Below, one piece after another: positions 31,311 to 41,854 of a stretch of DNA of 64,000 nt. Source of the stretch: Chloropicon primus (lineage: Eukaryota); assembly GCA_023205875.1 (NCBI GenBank), contig CP060758.1, positions 992,001 through 1,056,000 of the forward strand, written 5' to 3'. Every line of letters begins with the position of its first letter. Position 1 is the stretch's first letter. A program made the position numbers and the translations under genes. The notes under the pieces were generated by a model. The model saw only the letters and a program-made list of their open reading frames with translations. It ran no database searches and was not told where the DNA came from.

Positions 31311-31663
31311 GACTCGTCTCCAGTTCGGTTACGTTCGGTTCAGCGACGACGACGACGACGACGACGACTTCCGTTTCTCTCTCTCCCTTCTGAAAAAAAA
31401 AAGGGTTTCCCCGCTATTGCACTTTTTCGACACGTGTTACATGTGTAACACGTGTATGTCTTCAAACCCGAGGGGAGGAGGGAGAGCGGAAGAGACGAAG
31501 ACGAGGGAGGCGACGACGACAAGGAACCCCAGAGGAAGGTAGGTGTCGAGGAGGGGGGAGGGAGAGGGTGATCTGGGATCTGGGGGGTCCTGAGGTACAG
31601 GTGGAGGTCTTTTGTGGCCGGGGACGCGGGAGTGGAGGGGTTGGTTTTGAGGAGAAGGGAGAT

Positions 31664-33303
31664 ATGCGGGTGGGGATGCTGTGGAGGGACGTGAGGGGGA
31701 AGATGAGGAGGTTTGCGGGGGTGGGCCAGGGCGGCCTGCGGGTGAGGTCCTTCTGGGACGGGAACAGGAAGGGGCACCCGGTCTCCGGAGGTCGGAGGGA
31801 GTACGCCGCGTGCTCGAAGCCTCGGCCAGCTGGCGTGTCGTGGAAGGCCACGATGAGGGACGAGGGGCAGGCCACGGGGACGAGCGACCTCGGGCCGTCG
31901 TCCTTCGAGTCCCTGGGGCTGAACTCCGGGATCATCGACGCTCTGGACGAGATAGGTAAGACCCGTTCGTCGGGAACCCTCGAAAAATCCTCTTCCTCTT
32001 GCGGTGAGAAAAGGAGCTGACAACGACTTTGCTTGCGCTGGCTTGCACCTGCCATCGTGCCGGCTCCGACGCAGGGCTCGACTCCCCCTCTGAGATCCAG
32101 CGGCTCGGGATAGAGAGCATCCTCCGCGGCGGCGGGAAGATGGACGCCCTGGGCCAGAACGGGATCCTCCTGGCTTCCCAGACCGGCTCCGGCAAGACGC
32201 TGGCGTACCTCCTCCCCATCGTCCACCAGCTCAAGCAGTGGGAGGATTTCCAGGGGAGGGGGAAGCCCAAGCGGCCGCGCTGCATCGTGGTGGCCCCGAC
32301 GCAGGAGCTCGTGGAGCAGATCCACGGCGTGGCCAAGAGCCTCGGCCACGTTGTGAAGTTCAGCTCCACGATGGTCAGCGCCAGGGCGAAGATCGGTCAG
32401 CAGAAGAAGAGTATGGAGAAGCCGATGGACGTGCTCATCGGGACTCCCAACAGGATCCTGCGGCTCAACAGGGAGGGCTTCGTCTGGTTCGGGGACGCGA
32501 GGTACCTCGTTCTGGACGAGGCGGACTTGCTGCTCGGGGACGACTACGCCAAGGAAGTCACCGCGCTCGTGACGCCGGTGGTGACCAAGGAGGAGAGGGC
32601 CAAGGTGGTCATGGTCACGGCGTCCGCGACGAAGAGGGTAAGAAAGTTCCTCCAGACCGAGCTGAGTGGGGGGCTGGAGATGGAGACGACCGGCCTGCAC
32701 AAGGCCGTGTCCAGCGCCAAGCACCATTTCATCAACCAGGGCCAGAACGACAAGCTCGAACTCCTTGAGCAGACCATCCTGCCGCACATCTCGGACCTGA
32801 AGAGTGACATGCACGGCTTGGTGTTCTGCAACACCCTGGACAGCTGCCGCGCGGTGGAGCACTACCTGCAGAACAACGATTACCGGGCATTTTGTTTGCA
32901 CGGCAGCGTGCCTTCCGCGACGAGAAAGGGCGTGATCGGATCCTTCCTCGAGTCGGATTCTGGCATCTTGATCACGACGGACTTGGCCGCCAGGGGTCTG
33001 GACTTCGGGGGGAAGGTCAAGTACGTCGTCAACTTCGACTTCCCCCACAACAAGGTGGATTACTTGCATCGGACGGGGAGGACCGCCCGTGCTGGGATGA
33101 AGGGCAAAGTGTACAGCCTCGTGCGAGGAAGGGACCGGAGGCTCGCCAGGGAGATTGAGTTGGCCGTGTCGAAGAGGGAGACGATCGACGAGAAGCCCCT
33201 CCACAGGGCGAGGGTGGAGCGATCCGCTAAGCTCTTCAAGGGGAAAAGGCTTGCAAGCAAATCGGATCCCACGAGGAGGTCAGGGCGGAGAAGGGACTTC
33301 TGA
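31664..33303 (+). CDS. DEAD-box RNA helicase (organellar RH39-like), intron 31956-32074
   Basis: SFESLGL, Q motif PSEIQ, SQTGSGKT, PTQEL, LDEAD, SAT, TDLAARGLD, HRTGRTAR. Start codon uncertain. Confidence 0.88.
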
Positions 33304-33457
33304 CTGAACTAAACTTGCCGCCCTCTCGAAGCTGCTGCTGCTGTGTGAACATATTCAAATACAAATTAAAAAGAGTGCGTGCACATGATTATTCAATACA
33401 AGATATCGTAGTGTCTCTCGCATCGCGCGCGCCAGGCTTGCAGGCTTCCCCTGCTCC

Positions 33458-34459
33458 TCACTTCGAAGTCACCGAGTTTCTCATCGGAGCCTGCCTGTAG
33501 AGGACTCCGGCAAAGAGGCAGATGAAGAGTGCGCCCAGGCCCTCGGTGGAGGCGTGATTGTCCCAAATCATCAGGTTGATCATAACGGTGGCGATCTTGC
33601 ACATGATGCCGACCACAGTGAACGACGTCGCCGACACACTGGACCGAAGCAGGAAGGCGGAGTAACTCATTCCCACGCCCGCCGCGCACGACAAGGCAAG
33701 GAAGAAAACCTGATTGAAGTTCCACTCCATGTTGAGGAGCACCTGGTCCTCCCTGAACAGTATGGAGACGAGGAAGCACAGGGGCATCGACATGGCGTTC
33801 GTGTAGAGAACCCTCCCCCAGTTTGTCATCTCGACGGTGTTGCAAACGTGCTTGATGTAGATCTGGTCGAAGCAGAAGACGCCGTACCAAGCGGTTGCCC
33901 AGCTGTAAGACCGCACCTCGAAGGTCGAGTCGTAGGACATGTAGGCAAACGCGCCCACGAGGATGAAGAAGAGCGAGCCCCAGCTCCTTGGGGACGGAAG
34001 ACACCGCCCGAGGAAGAAAAAGTCTAGGAAGGCCACCAGCAGGGGAGTGCTTGACCTGAATACTATGAAGGTCTCCACGTTCGCGTACTGCAGAGTCTTC
34101 ATGTTCGTGAATATCGCCGCGACGAAGGCGGCCACGACGAAGAAAAAGGCTTTCACCTTTGCCCAATCAAAGGCGTCCGCTTTCACCCAGCCCATGCCCG
34201 AGGCGGTGTACACGGCGAAGGCTGTGGCCGCCACTTGGCAGAACAGCACGAACGATGGCGCCTGGACGTGGTAGACCGCCAGCTTGTTGATCACGAGCAT
34301 GGTGCTCGAGCACGAGGCGTAGAATATTACCGCAAAGGTGATCAAGGCCTTGTTCTGTGCCTGCTTTTTCTCCAGCCCCGTTCCCGAGGAGGACTTTCCT
34401 TGTTCGGGGTCCCCCGACCCGTTCATGCTCATCGGCAGCTTCTGGTACTTGGTCGACAT
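33458..34459 (-). CDS. Golgi GDP-sugar transporter (GONST/GFT family)
   Basis: Multi-TM protein; INKLA, NVETFIVFRSSTPLLVA, SATSFTVVGIMCK. Confidence 0.88.
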   Translation of the reverse strand: MSTKYQKLPMSMNGSGDPEQGKSSSGTGLEKKQAQNKALITFAVIFYASCSSTMLVINKLAVYHVQAPSFVLFCQVAATAFAVYTASGMGWVKADAFDWAKVKAFFFVVAAFVAAIFTNMKTLQYANVETFIVFRSSTPLLVAFLDFFFLGRCLPSPRSWGSLFFILVGAFAYMSYDSTFEVRSYSWATAWYGVFCFDQIYIKHVCNTVEMTNWGRVLYTNAMSMPLCFLVSILFREDQVLLNMEWNFNQVFFLALSCAAGVGMSYSAFLLRSSVSATSFTVVGIMCKIATVMINLMIWDNHASTEGLGALFICLFAGVLYRQAPMRNSVTSK

Positions 34460-34897
34460 CTTGCTTTCGTCCCCAATCACCCCGCCTCGAGTCCTTCCCT
34501 TGGTTCGTTCGGAGTCACGACAAGGCCGAGACCACACCACACAGCACACCACACAGCACACAGCACACCACCCCGTCCAGTCTTCGCCAAGGTCGAAGCC
34601 AAGGTCTAATCTTGGGTGTACCCATTACACTGTGTGATTTGAATCCGGAGACGAGGAGCGGACGAGTCGACGACAGAGCAGAGGCGGAGAGCTGGAGAGA
34701 GGAGAGAGAGAGGGGGTTTTGTAGGCGCGTGGGAGACACGAGGAGGGGGAAGGAGGGACCTCTGCTGTGGGGGAGGAGACGAGGAGATACTTGCGCTGGG
34801 ACGAGTGGGGCGCGCGGGACGGAGAACGACCTCCTTTGGGACCAAACCAAACCAAACCAAACACGAGAGAGAGAGAGAGGGAGACAAGGGAAACAAC

Positions 34898-36256
34898 ATG
34901 GTTCTCGAAGCTACTGTGGTTTGCGTGGACAACTCCGACTTCATGATCAACGGGGACTACAAGCCCACGCGTTTGCAGGCGCAGGCGGAGGCCGTGAACC
35001 TCCTGGCCGGCGCGAAGACGGGATCCAACCCGGAAAACACCGTCGGGGTGCTCTCCCTGGCGGGGGTGAGGGGACCCAAGGTAAGTCCAGATCTTTGCGA
35101 CATCTTTCCGCCCCGTGGACAGATTCTGACTCCGACGCTCTCCCCCCGCCTTCCTCTTCAGGTCTTGGCGACCCCGACCCCCGACCTGGGCAGAGTCCTC
35201 TCCTGCATGCAGAAGATAAAACCCGAAGGCAGCGTGAGTCTGATCCAGGGCGTCCAGATCGCCCAGCTTGCCCTGAAGCACAGACAGAATAAGAACCAGA
35301 GGCAGAGGATCGTGGCGTTCATCGGGTCGCCGCTCGAGGAGGAGGAGAAGGCCCTCGTGAAGGTGGCGAAGAAGCTGAAGAAGAACAACGTGTCCATTGA
35401 TATTGTGAGTTTCGGGGAGGAGGCAGCGGAGAAGAACGCGGAGAAGTTGGACGCCTTCTTGGCGGCGGTGAACTCGAACGACAGCAGCCACCTGGTGACG
35501 GTCCCCCCCGGGACCATCCTGAGCGACATCCTGCTGAGCACTCCGGTCTTCATGGGGGACAACGACGGGGGAAGCAGTGGAATGGGTGGCATGGGAGGCG
35601 GAGGAGGCGGAGGAGGGGCGAGCGACTTTGAGTTTGGAGTGGATCCGAACCTCGACCCCGAGCTCGCCTTGGCCTTGCGCGTTAGCATGGAGGAGGAGAG
35701 AGCGAGGCAGGAGGCCCAGGCCCAGAGGGAGAGAGAGCAGCAGCAGCAGGACGAGGGGGGCGCCACCACCGCCGCCGATGCTCCGAGCGAGGGGGGCAAG
35801 GCCGAGGGGAGCCAGGTTCCCGGAGAGGTGGACATGAAGTCCGCGGAGGGGGCCGGCGCCGGGAAGGAGGCCGAAGCCGCCGCATCAGCCGCGGAAGACG
35901 GGAAAGATGCGGACGGGGACGTGGAGATGACGGACGAGGCCATCTTGCAGCAGGCCTTGGCCATGTCGCTGACCACCGCTGCTGCCGGGGACCCGGATCC
36001 GACGACCCCGGCGCCCACCAAGGAGGAGGAGAAGACGCCCGCGGCGCCCACCAAGACCGATGGTGCGGGGGGAAGCGACCTCGGCGCCATGCTCGAGGAC
36101 CAGTCCTTCGTCACCAGCGTCCTCTCCAACCTTCCCGGGGTCGACGTCTCCGACGCCAACGTCCAGCAGGTCCTTTCCGCCTTGAAGGAGAAGCAGTCCC
36201 CGAAGAGGTCCAGGACGGACGATGGCGACGAGGACCACGAGAAGGACGATAAATAG
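34898..36256 (+). CDS. RPN10: 26S proteasome subunit RPN10, intron 35081-35161
   Basis: MVLEATVVCVDNSDFM.NGDY.PTRL, ALKHRQNK, UIM DPELALALRVSMEE; GTAAGT...TTCAG intron. Confidence 0.95.
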   Translation: MVLEATVVCVDNSDFMINGDYKPTRLQAQAEAVNLLAGAKTGSNPENTVGVLSLAGVRGPKVSPDLCDIFPPRGQILTPTLSPRLPLQVLATPTPDLGRVLSCMQKIKPEGSVSLIQGVQIAQLALKHRQNKNQRQRIVAFIGSPLEEEEKALVKVAKKLKKNNVSIDIVSFGEEAAEKNAEKLDAFLAAVNSNDSSHLVTVPPGTILSDILLSTPVFMGDNDGGSSGMGGMGGGGGGGGASDFEFGVDPNLDPELALALRVSMEEERARQEAQAQREREQQQQDEGGATTAADAPSEGGKAEGSQVPGEVDMKSAEGAGAGKEAEAAASAAEDGKDADGDVEMTDEAILQQALAMSLTTAAAGDPDPTTPAPTKEEEKTPAAPTKTDGAGGSDLGAMLEDQSFVTSVLSNLPGVDVSDANVQQVLSALKEKQSPKRSRTDDGDEDHEKDDK

Positions 36257-36480
36257 AAGAAGAAGACCTAGTCAATAGAACACGTACTTCCAGCGCTCCA
36301 TCTTCCATCTTCCATCTCCATCTTGTTCCATCTTCGTTTTTTTTCTTGGTTTTCTCCTTTCTCCACGTCAGCCAGGCCTCCAGTTCATCAGGGGTCGTGC
36401 GCGCAGTCAGGTCGAGGGCAACTGTTGCGAGGTCGAGGTCAACCAACCCCAAGGAAGGAACGCGGATACGAGGAGGAGCG

Positions 36481-38345
36481 ATGACGTGGCTGACGCAAGG
36501 GTCTCGCGCGCTCAGGAGCACGCACAGGTTTCTCAGGCCTTGGAGCTCCGCCGCTCACGCGGGTTTCGACAATGTTCTCGGTCGTTGCTCTGTGGAGCCT
36601 GGGAGCGGGGAGTTCGCGGAGAACAAGGCGGTGATGGACGGCCTCGTGACGAGAATGAGGGAGGACATGGATAGGATTGCCAAGGGAGGGGGCGAGGACG
36701 CCATCAAGAGAGCTCTCAAGAGGGGAAAGCTTCTCGTTAGGGACAGAATTAACCAACTCCTTGACCCGGGTAAGTGCAAGCTGGAGGAGGAGAACTCCTC
36801 CGCGTAGGAAGAATGCTCTCGCAGGGAGGGTCTCGGCGTACGGGACCGGGACGCTGACTTCGTTCTCGCATTTCGACGATTCCCTCTCTGACCCCGCACG
36901 GGTTGGTTGCGACAGGATCGCCCTTCTTGGAGCTGAGCGCGTACGCAGGAGAGGGTCTCTACGGCAAGGAGCAGGTGCCTTGTGGCGGTCTTGTCACGGG
37001 CCTCGGGCGAGTCCACGGACGCCTCGTGTGCATCGTGGCCAACGATCCGACGGTCAAGGGTGGCACTTACTTCCCGATAACGGTGAAGAAGCACTTGAGG
37101 CTGCAGGAGATCGCGGAGCAGAACAAGTTGCCGAGCATCTACTTGGTGGACAGCGGAGGCGCGAACTTGCCGAGGCAGAAGGACGTGTACCCGGATAGGG
37201 ACCACTTTGGCAGGATCTTCTACAACCAAGCGAGAATGTCCTCCATGGGATTGTCTCAGGTGGCCTGCGTCCTGGGGTCGTGCACGGCGGGCGGGGCTTA
37301 CGTGCCCTGCATGGCGGACGAGACCATCATCGTGAAGGGAATGGGAACCATCTTCCTTGGTGGGCCACCGCTGGTCAAGGCGGCGACGGGAGAGGAAGTG
37401 GATGCCGAGGAGCTCGGTGGGGCCGAAGTTCACTGCAAGGAGTCCGGCGTGGCGGACCACTTGGCGTTGAACGAGAAGCACGCCCTGCAGATGGCGAGGC
37501 AAGTCATTTCCACCCTGAACACCCCAAGCATCGAGGAGGTCGAGAAGAGCTTCAAGGCGGAGTTCGACGAGCCACTGTACCCAGTCGAGGAGCTGCGGGG
37601 GTGCATTCCAGCGGATTCCAGGAAGCCCTTTGACGTGAGAGCGATCATTGCGAGGGTGGTGGACGGCAGCCGCTTCAGCGAGTTCAAAAAGGAGTACGGC
37701 ACGACCCTCGTCACGGGATTTGCGGAGATTCATGGAATGCCGGTGGGCATCGTGGCCAACAACGGCGTCCTGTTCGGCGAGTCCGCCCTGAAGGGAGCCC
37801 ACTTCGTGGAGCTCTGCAACCAGAGGAGAATCCCTCTCATATTCTTGCAGAACATCACGGGCTTCATGGTGGGAAAGAAGTACGAGAGGGGTGGGATCGC
37901 CAAGAACGGGGCCAAGATGGTCACCGCGGTGAGCTGCGCCACCGTGCCAAAGATCACTTTGATTGTCGGAGGTTCCTTTGGTGCCGGAAACTACGGGATG
38001 TGCGGCAGGGCTTACTCCCCGAGGTTCCTGTTCACCTGGCCAAACTCGAGGATCAGCGTGATGGGCGGGGAGCAGGCCGCCAACGTCCTGGCCACCGTCA
38101 AGGACGACCAGAGGAAGCGCAAGGGGGAGCCTGAGTGGCCCGCGGAGGAGAAGAAGAAATTCATGGACGAGGTGCAGTCCAAGTACGACAAGGAGGGGGA
38201 GGCGAGCTTCGCCAGTGCGAGGCTTTGGGACGACGGAGTCATCGACCCCAAGGACACGCGGAGAGTCTTGTCCATGGCCCTCACGGCGAGCGCCCACGAG
38301 CAAGTCGACAAGGTCAACCAGACCTACGGAGTTTTCAGAATGTAG
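36481..38345 (+). CDS. MCCB: Methylcrotonyl-CoA carboxylase beta subunit, intron 36770-36915
   Basis: [52 protein letters not shown], ends YGVFRM. Confidence 0.95.
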
Positions 38346-38415
38346 ACCTATATTCCTAATTTAACGCGTCGTTTAATACACGAGAGAGAGAGAGATAGAG
38401 AGAGAGCGGGAGTCG

Positions 38416-39504
38416 TCAATCTTTGACGAACTTGTACATCGACACGCCCCACTGCTCGCCCCCGTCGAAGGCGAACATCTCTTCCACGGCGATGAAAAAG
38501 ACCCTCCATCTCATCCACCAAGCGTACGCCCCCCGCGGGCCATAAGCTTTCTCGCTCGCAAAGTCAGACAGGATCTCAGCCTTGTTCTCGTCCATCAACT
38601 CCAGCCAGTGCCTCGAAGTCCTCGCGTAGTGCTTCCCGTTCAGGTGCCAGGTCCTCTCGACCCTCAGGTGCTTCTGGAAGTGCAGCAGCAAACCGTGGGC
38701 TGGCATGGTCCCGCCCTCGAAGAAGTACTTGGTCATCCAGTCGCCCTCCCCCTGGACCTCGTAGTGGTACGTGTGCACAACGTGCGAGAAGATGTGGACG
38801 AAGAGCTTCCCCTGGGGCTTGAGCCACCTCGAGAGCTTCTCCAGAAGCAACTCGTAGTTCTTCATGTGCTCGAACATCTCGATCGAGAGGATACGATCGA
38901 AGCTCTCGCTGCCGAAGGAGTCGAACTCCGAGATGTCGCCCGTGTGGACCTGGAGGTTCCCAAGCCCCTCCTCCTTGGCTCTGCCCACAATGTAATTCCT
39001 CTGCGTAGTCGAGTTCGAGAGCGAGGTGATCGAGACCTTGGGGTACTTTTTCGCCAGGTAGAGGGACAGGGAGCCCCAACCGCACCCCAGGTCGAGGATC
39101 GACGCGCCCTCGCGGAGGTCCTCGAGGTCCGCGCGCTCGCAGTACAACTCCAGCATGTTTTCCTCCGCATCGGCGAGCGAGTCGCCCTCCTGCTTGTAGA
39201 GGCAGCAGCTGTACTTGAGGTGGGGACCGAGGACGCGGAGGAAGAACTCGGTCGGCACCTCGTAGTGCTGCTCGTTGGCGTCGCCCGTCTTGATCGCGAT
39301 CGGCATGCTCTTCAGCTGCTTCACCATCGAGTTCAGCTTCTCCTCGCGATCCTCCACCCCGCCTTGATCGCGTTCCGCGAGTGTCTCCCTCAGCAGCAAC
39401 CGGCTGAAGAACCTGACAACGAAATCCGGCACGTACCCTCGGTCCATCAGGGCGTACCCTGCCTTGAGAAAACCTTCCCACAACGAAGACGATACTACCA
39501 CCAT
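38416..39504 (-). CDS. SAM-dependent methyltransferase (cyclopropane fatty-acyl synthase / coclaurine N-methyltransferase-like)
   Basis: ANEQHYEVP, LKYSCCLY, ILDLGCGWGS, SIEMFEHMKNY, GGTMP. Confidence 0.9.
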   Translation of the reverse strand: MVVVSSSLWEGFLKAGYALMDRGYVPDFVVRFFSRLLLRETLAERDQGGVEDREEKLNSMVKQLKSMPIAIKTGDANEQHYEVPTEFFLRVLGPHLKYSCCLYKQEGDSLADAEENMLELYCERADLEDLREGASILDLGCGWGSLSLYLAKKYPKVSITSLSNSTTQRNYIVGRAKEEGLGNLQVHTGDISEFDSFGSESFDRILSIEMFEHMKNYELLLEKLSRWLKPQGKLFVHIFSHVVHTYHYEVQGEGDWMTKYFFEGGTMPAHGLLLHFQKHLRVERTWHLNGKHYARTSRHWLELMDENKAEILSDFASEKAYGPRGAYAWWMRWRVFFIAVEEMFAFDGGEQWGVSMYKFVKD

Positions 39505-39763
39505 CCTCCTCGCGGCGCGCACCCACAACCACGCTCGCACTCCACGAGGCTGCATCACGTGGCTCTCAATGAAGACCAGCAGCAGGTGCAGACCAGGATG
39601 TTGGAGGTTTTCCCCTGTTGGTGGGATTCCAGTGTATACCAGTTTGGTCACACCCAAAGGACAACCCACTAAGCGTTTTTCTCGTGTTCACTTGCTGGAC
39701 AAGGCAAATCTATAGTTACGAGGAGTTACGAGGAGGGCAGCGAGTGAAACCCTAATAACCGTC

Positions 39764-41854
39764 ATGGCGCGATCAGGGAAGCGCCGTAAGAAAAAGGAGA
39801 AGCAGGGGAGTGGCTCGACGAGTTCCACAAGGAGGTCGCACTCTGGCGAGAGTCATGCTCAGGGCGCTTCGAAGTCGGGGCAGGAGTCTCCGACGACGGA
39901 GCGGCCGTTACTTCGCTTCTGGAATCAGGCGTTGAAGTGGCTCTACGCGTTGTGCCTGCTTCCTACCGCGGACGACCCCGCCTCTGCGGGTGAGGGTTCG
40001 AGCACGCCTCGCAAGAAGCGGGGGGGGAAGCGGAAGGGGAAGCCGCCGGAGGCGGACGCCTCTGCGGGTGAGAGTTCGAGCTCGTCAGGCAAGCCTCGCA
40101 AGAAGCCTCGCAAGAAGGGCAAGAAGAAGAACAAGAAGAAGGGTAAGAAGAAGAAGAACAAGAGGGGGAAGAAAGCAGGGAAGCAGCCGGGTGGCTTGGC
40201 GGACGACAGCGTGAAGAACACGTGGTTCTCATCGATCAAGAGAGAACTTGAAGAGGTAAAGTGTCCGAAGACGGGATGGAGGTCGTGCTTGAACGTTCCA
40301 GAAGATTCTGTGGTATCCGTCGAGACATTGCAGCCGCCCGCCAAAAGGAAGAGGGAGCAGAAGCTGAAGACCTCCAAGCTATTGTCGGAGCGAACGGTGA
40401 TACGGACGAGGAAGCTTAGGATGCGCTTGAACCCTGAGCAGGCGAGAACACTTTGCAACTGGATGGGAGCTGCGCGTTTCACATACAACAAGTGTTTGGA
40501 GGCGGTCAAGAAGGAGGGTTTTCCGCTGGTTTGGACCGTCCTGCTGGACAGATTTGTGACGGCCAAACCGCGACGCCCTGAGGTCTTTGAGGGCCTGGAG
40601 AAAGAGCTGAAAGAAATCCAATGCTCTCCACGGCCATGGACAAAACAGGAGGCAGAGCTTTTCGCGGCCAGAGAGAAGAGACTCGAGAGCCAAATTGGAG
40701 GCAGAGCTTTTCGCCTCCAAGTGGCCAAGGACCGGGACTACGTTAGCGGGGCCTTTGTGAATCAGGAGCATCCTTGGCTGAAGGAAACCCCCTGTGCCAT
40801 CAGACAAGCTGCCGTGCGAAGTCTCATCAAGGCATGGGATTCGAACACCGCGAAGCAGGAAGCGATGAAGGAGCGCGGCGAGGAGAAGGGGCACCGCTTC
40901 GTTCTCAAGTATCGTCAACGTCAGCAACCGAGCTCTTGGACCATTGAAATTAATGCAAGAGACTTAAAGAACGTGGAGACGATCGAAAGACCGAGAACGA
41001 GGCACAAGGATGACACGAAGCACAAAAAACGACGCAAGTGGACCAAGCTGGAGGTGTTCAAGGAGAAGATGGCCGGCGGGCCCCTGTACTTGACGGAGGA
41101 GATCCCCGGGGGCAAGATCGAGGGTGCCGTGAAGATCACAAGAAATCGCCTTGGGCAGTTCCACATGCACATTCCCATCGCGACGCCATGGGATCGCCTG
41201 CCACCCCTGAAGCCTGAGAACAAGCGGAAGGTTGTCGCCCTGGATCCGGGAGTCAGGACCTTTCAGACGTCGTACTCGCCGCAAGAAGGCGTCGGGGAGT
41301 ATGCCAAGGGCGAGCGAGGCTTCGCGAGGCTGTTCAACCTCTGCCGGAGGATTGATGAGATCATTTCCGAGCGCAAAGACCCAAAGGTGAAGCTCCCTTA
41401 CCTCGACCGCCGCGACTTGAAGAGACAGCAATACGCCTGCATGGAGAAAATTCGAGGTCTGACTAACGAGCTTCACAAAAAGGTAGCCAACGATCTATGC
41501 AGGAGGTTCGACACAATCCTCCTCCCGGAGTTCAAGTCCCAAGACATGGTGAAGAAGAACAACAACGGGAGACGCCGAGTGATCAGGAAGAAGACGGCTC
41601 GCACGCTCTTGACGTTGAGGCACTATGTGTTCAGAACGTACTTGGCTTCCAAGGTGCTCTTGCACGGCAGTGAGCTGGCGATCGTGACGGAGGAGTACAC
41701 CTCCAAGACCTGTGGCAGGTGCGGACACATCAAGAAGAACCTGGGTGGAGCAGAGGTGTACAAGTGCCAGAAGTGTGGCTTCAAGTGCGGTCGGGATGTG
41801 AACGGGGCACGCAACGTCCTCCTGAAGCACTTGCGTCAACCAAAAAGTGTGTAA
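39764..41854 (+). CDS. Fz2: Fanzor (Fanzor2/IS607-TnpB-like) RNA-guided DNA endonuclease, 696 aa, intronless
   Basis: RTRKLRMRLNPEQ..L..WMGAARFTYNKCL (TnpB N-terminal), WLKETPCAIRQAAV, RuvC-I VALDPGVRTF (D494), ILLPEF (P588), alternative Glu in VTEEYTSKTC (E643/E644), Zn ribbon CGRC..CQKC, RuvC-III RDVNGARN (D678). Lys-rich N-terminal extension. Confidence 0.93.
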   Translation: MARSGKRRKKKEKQGSGSTSSTRRSHSGESHAQGASKSGQESPTTERPLLRFWNQALKWLYALCLLPTADDPASAGEGSSTPRKKRGGKRKGKPPEADASAGESSSSSGKPRKKPRKKGKKKNKKKGKKKKNKRGKKAGKQPGGLADDSVKNTWFSSIKRELEEVKCPKTGWRSCLNVPEDSVVSVETLQPPAKRKREQKLKTSKLLSERTVIRTRKLRMRLNPEQARTLCNWMGAARFTYNKCLEAVKKEGFPLVWTVLLDRFVTAKPRRPEVFEGLEKELKEIQCSPRPWTKQEAELFAAREKRLESQIGGRAFRLQVAKDRDYVSGAFVNQEHPWLKETPCAIRQAAVRSLIKAWDSNTAKQEAMKERGEEKGHRFVLKYRQRQQPSSWTIEINARDLKNVETIERPRTRHKDDTKHKKRRKWTKLEVFKEKMAGGPLYLTEEIPGGKIEGAVKITRNRLGQFHMHIPIATPWDRLPPLKPENKRKVVALDPGVRTFQTSYSPQEGVGEYAKGERGFARLFNLCRRIDEIISERKDPKVKLPYLDRRDLKRQQYACMEKIRGLTNELHKKVANDLCRRFDTILLPEFKSQDMVKKNNNGRRRVIRKKTARTLLTLRHYVFRTYLASKVLLHGSELAIVTEEYTSKTCGRCGHIKKNLGGAEVYKCQKCGFKCGRDVNGARNVLLKHLRQPKSV

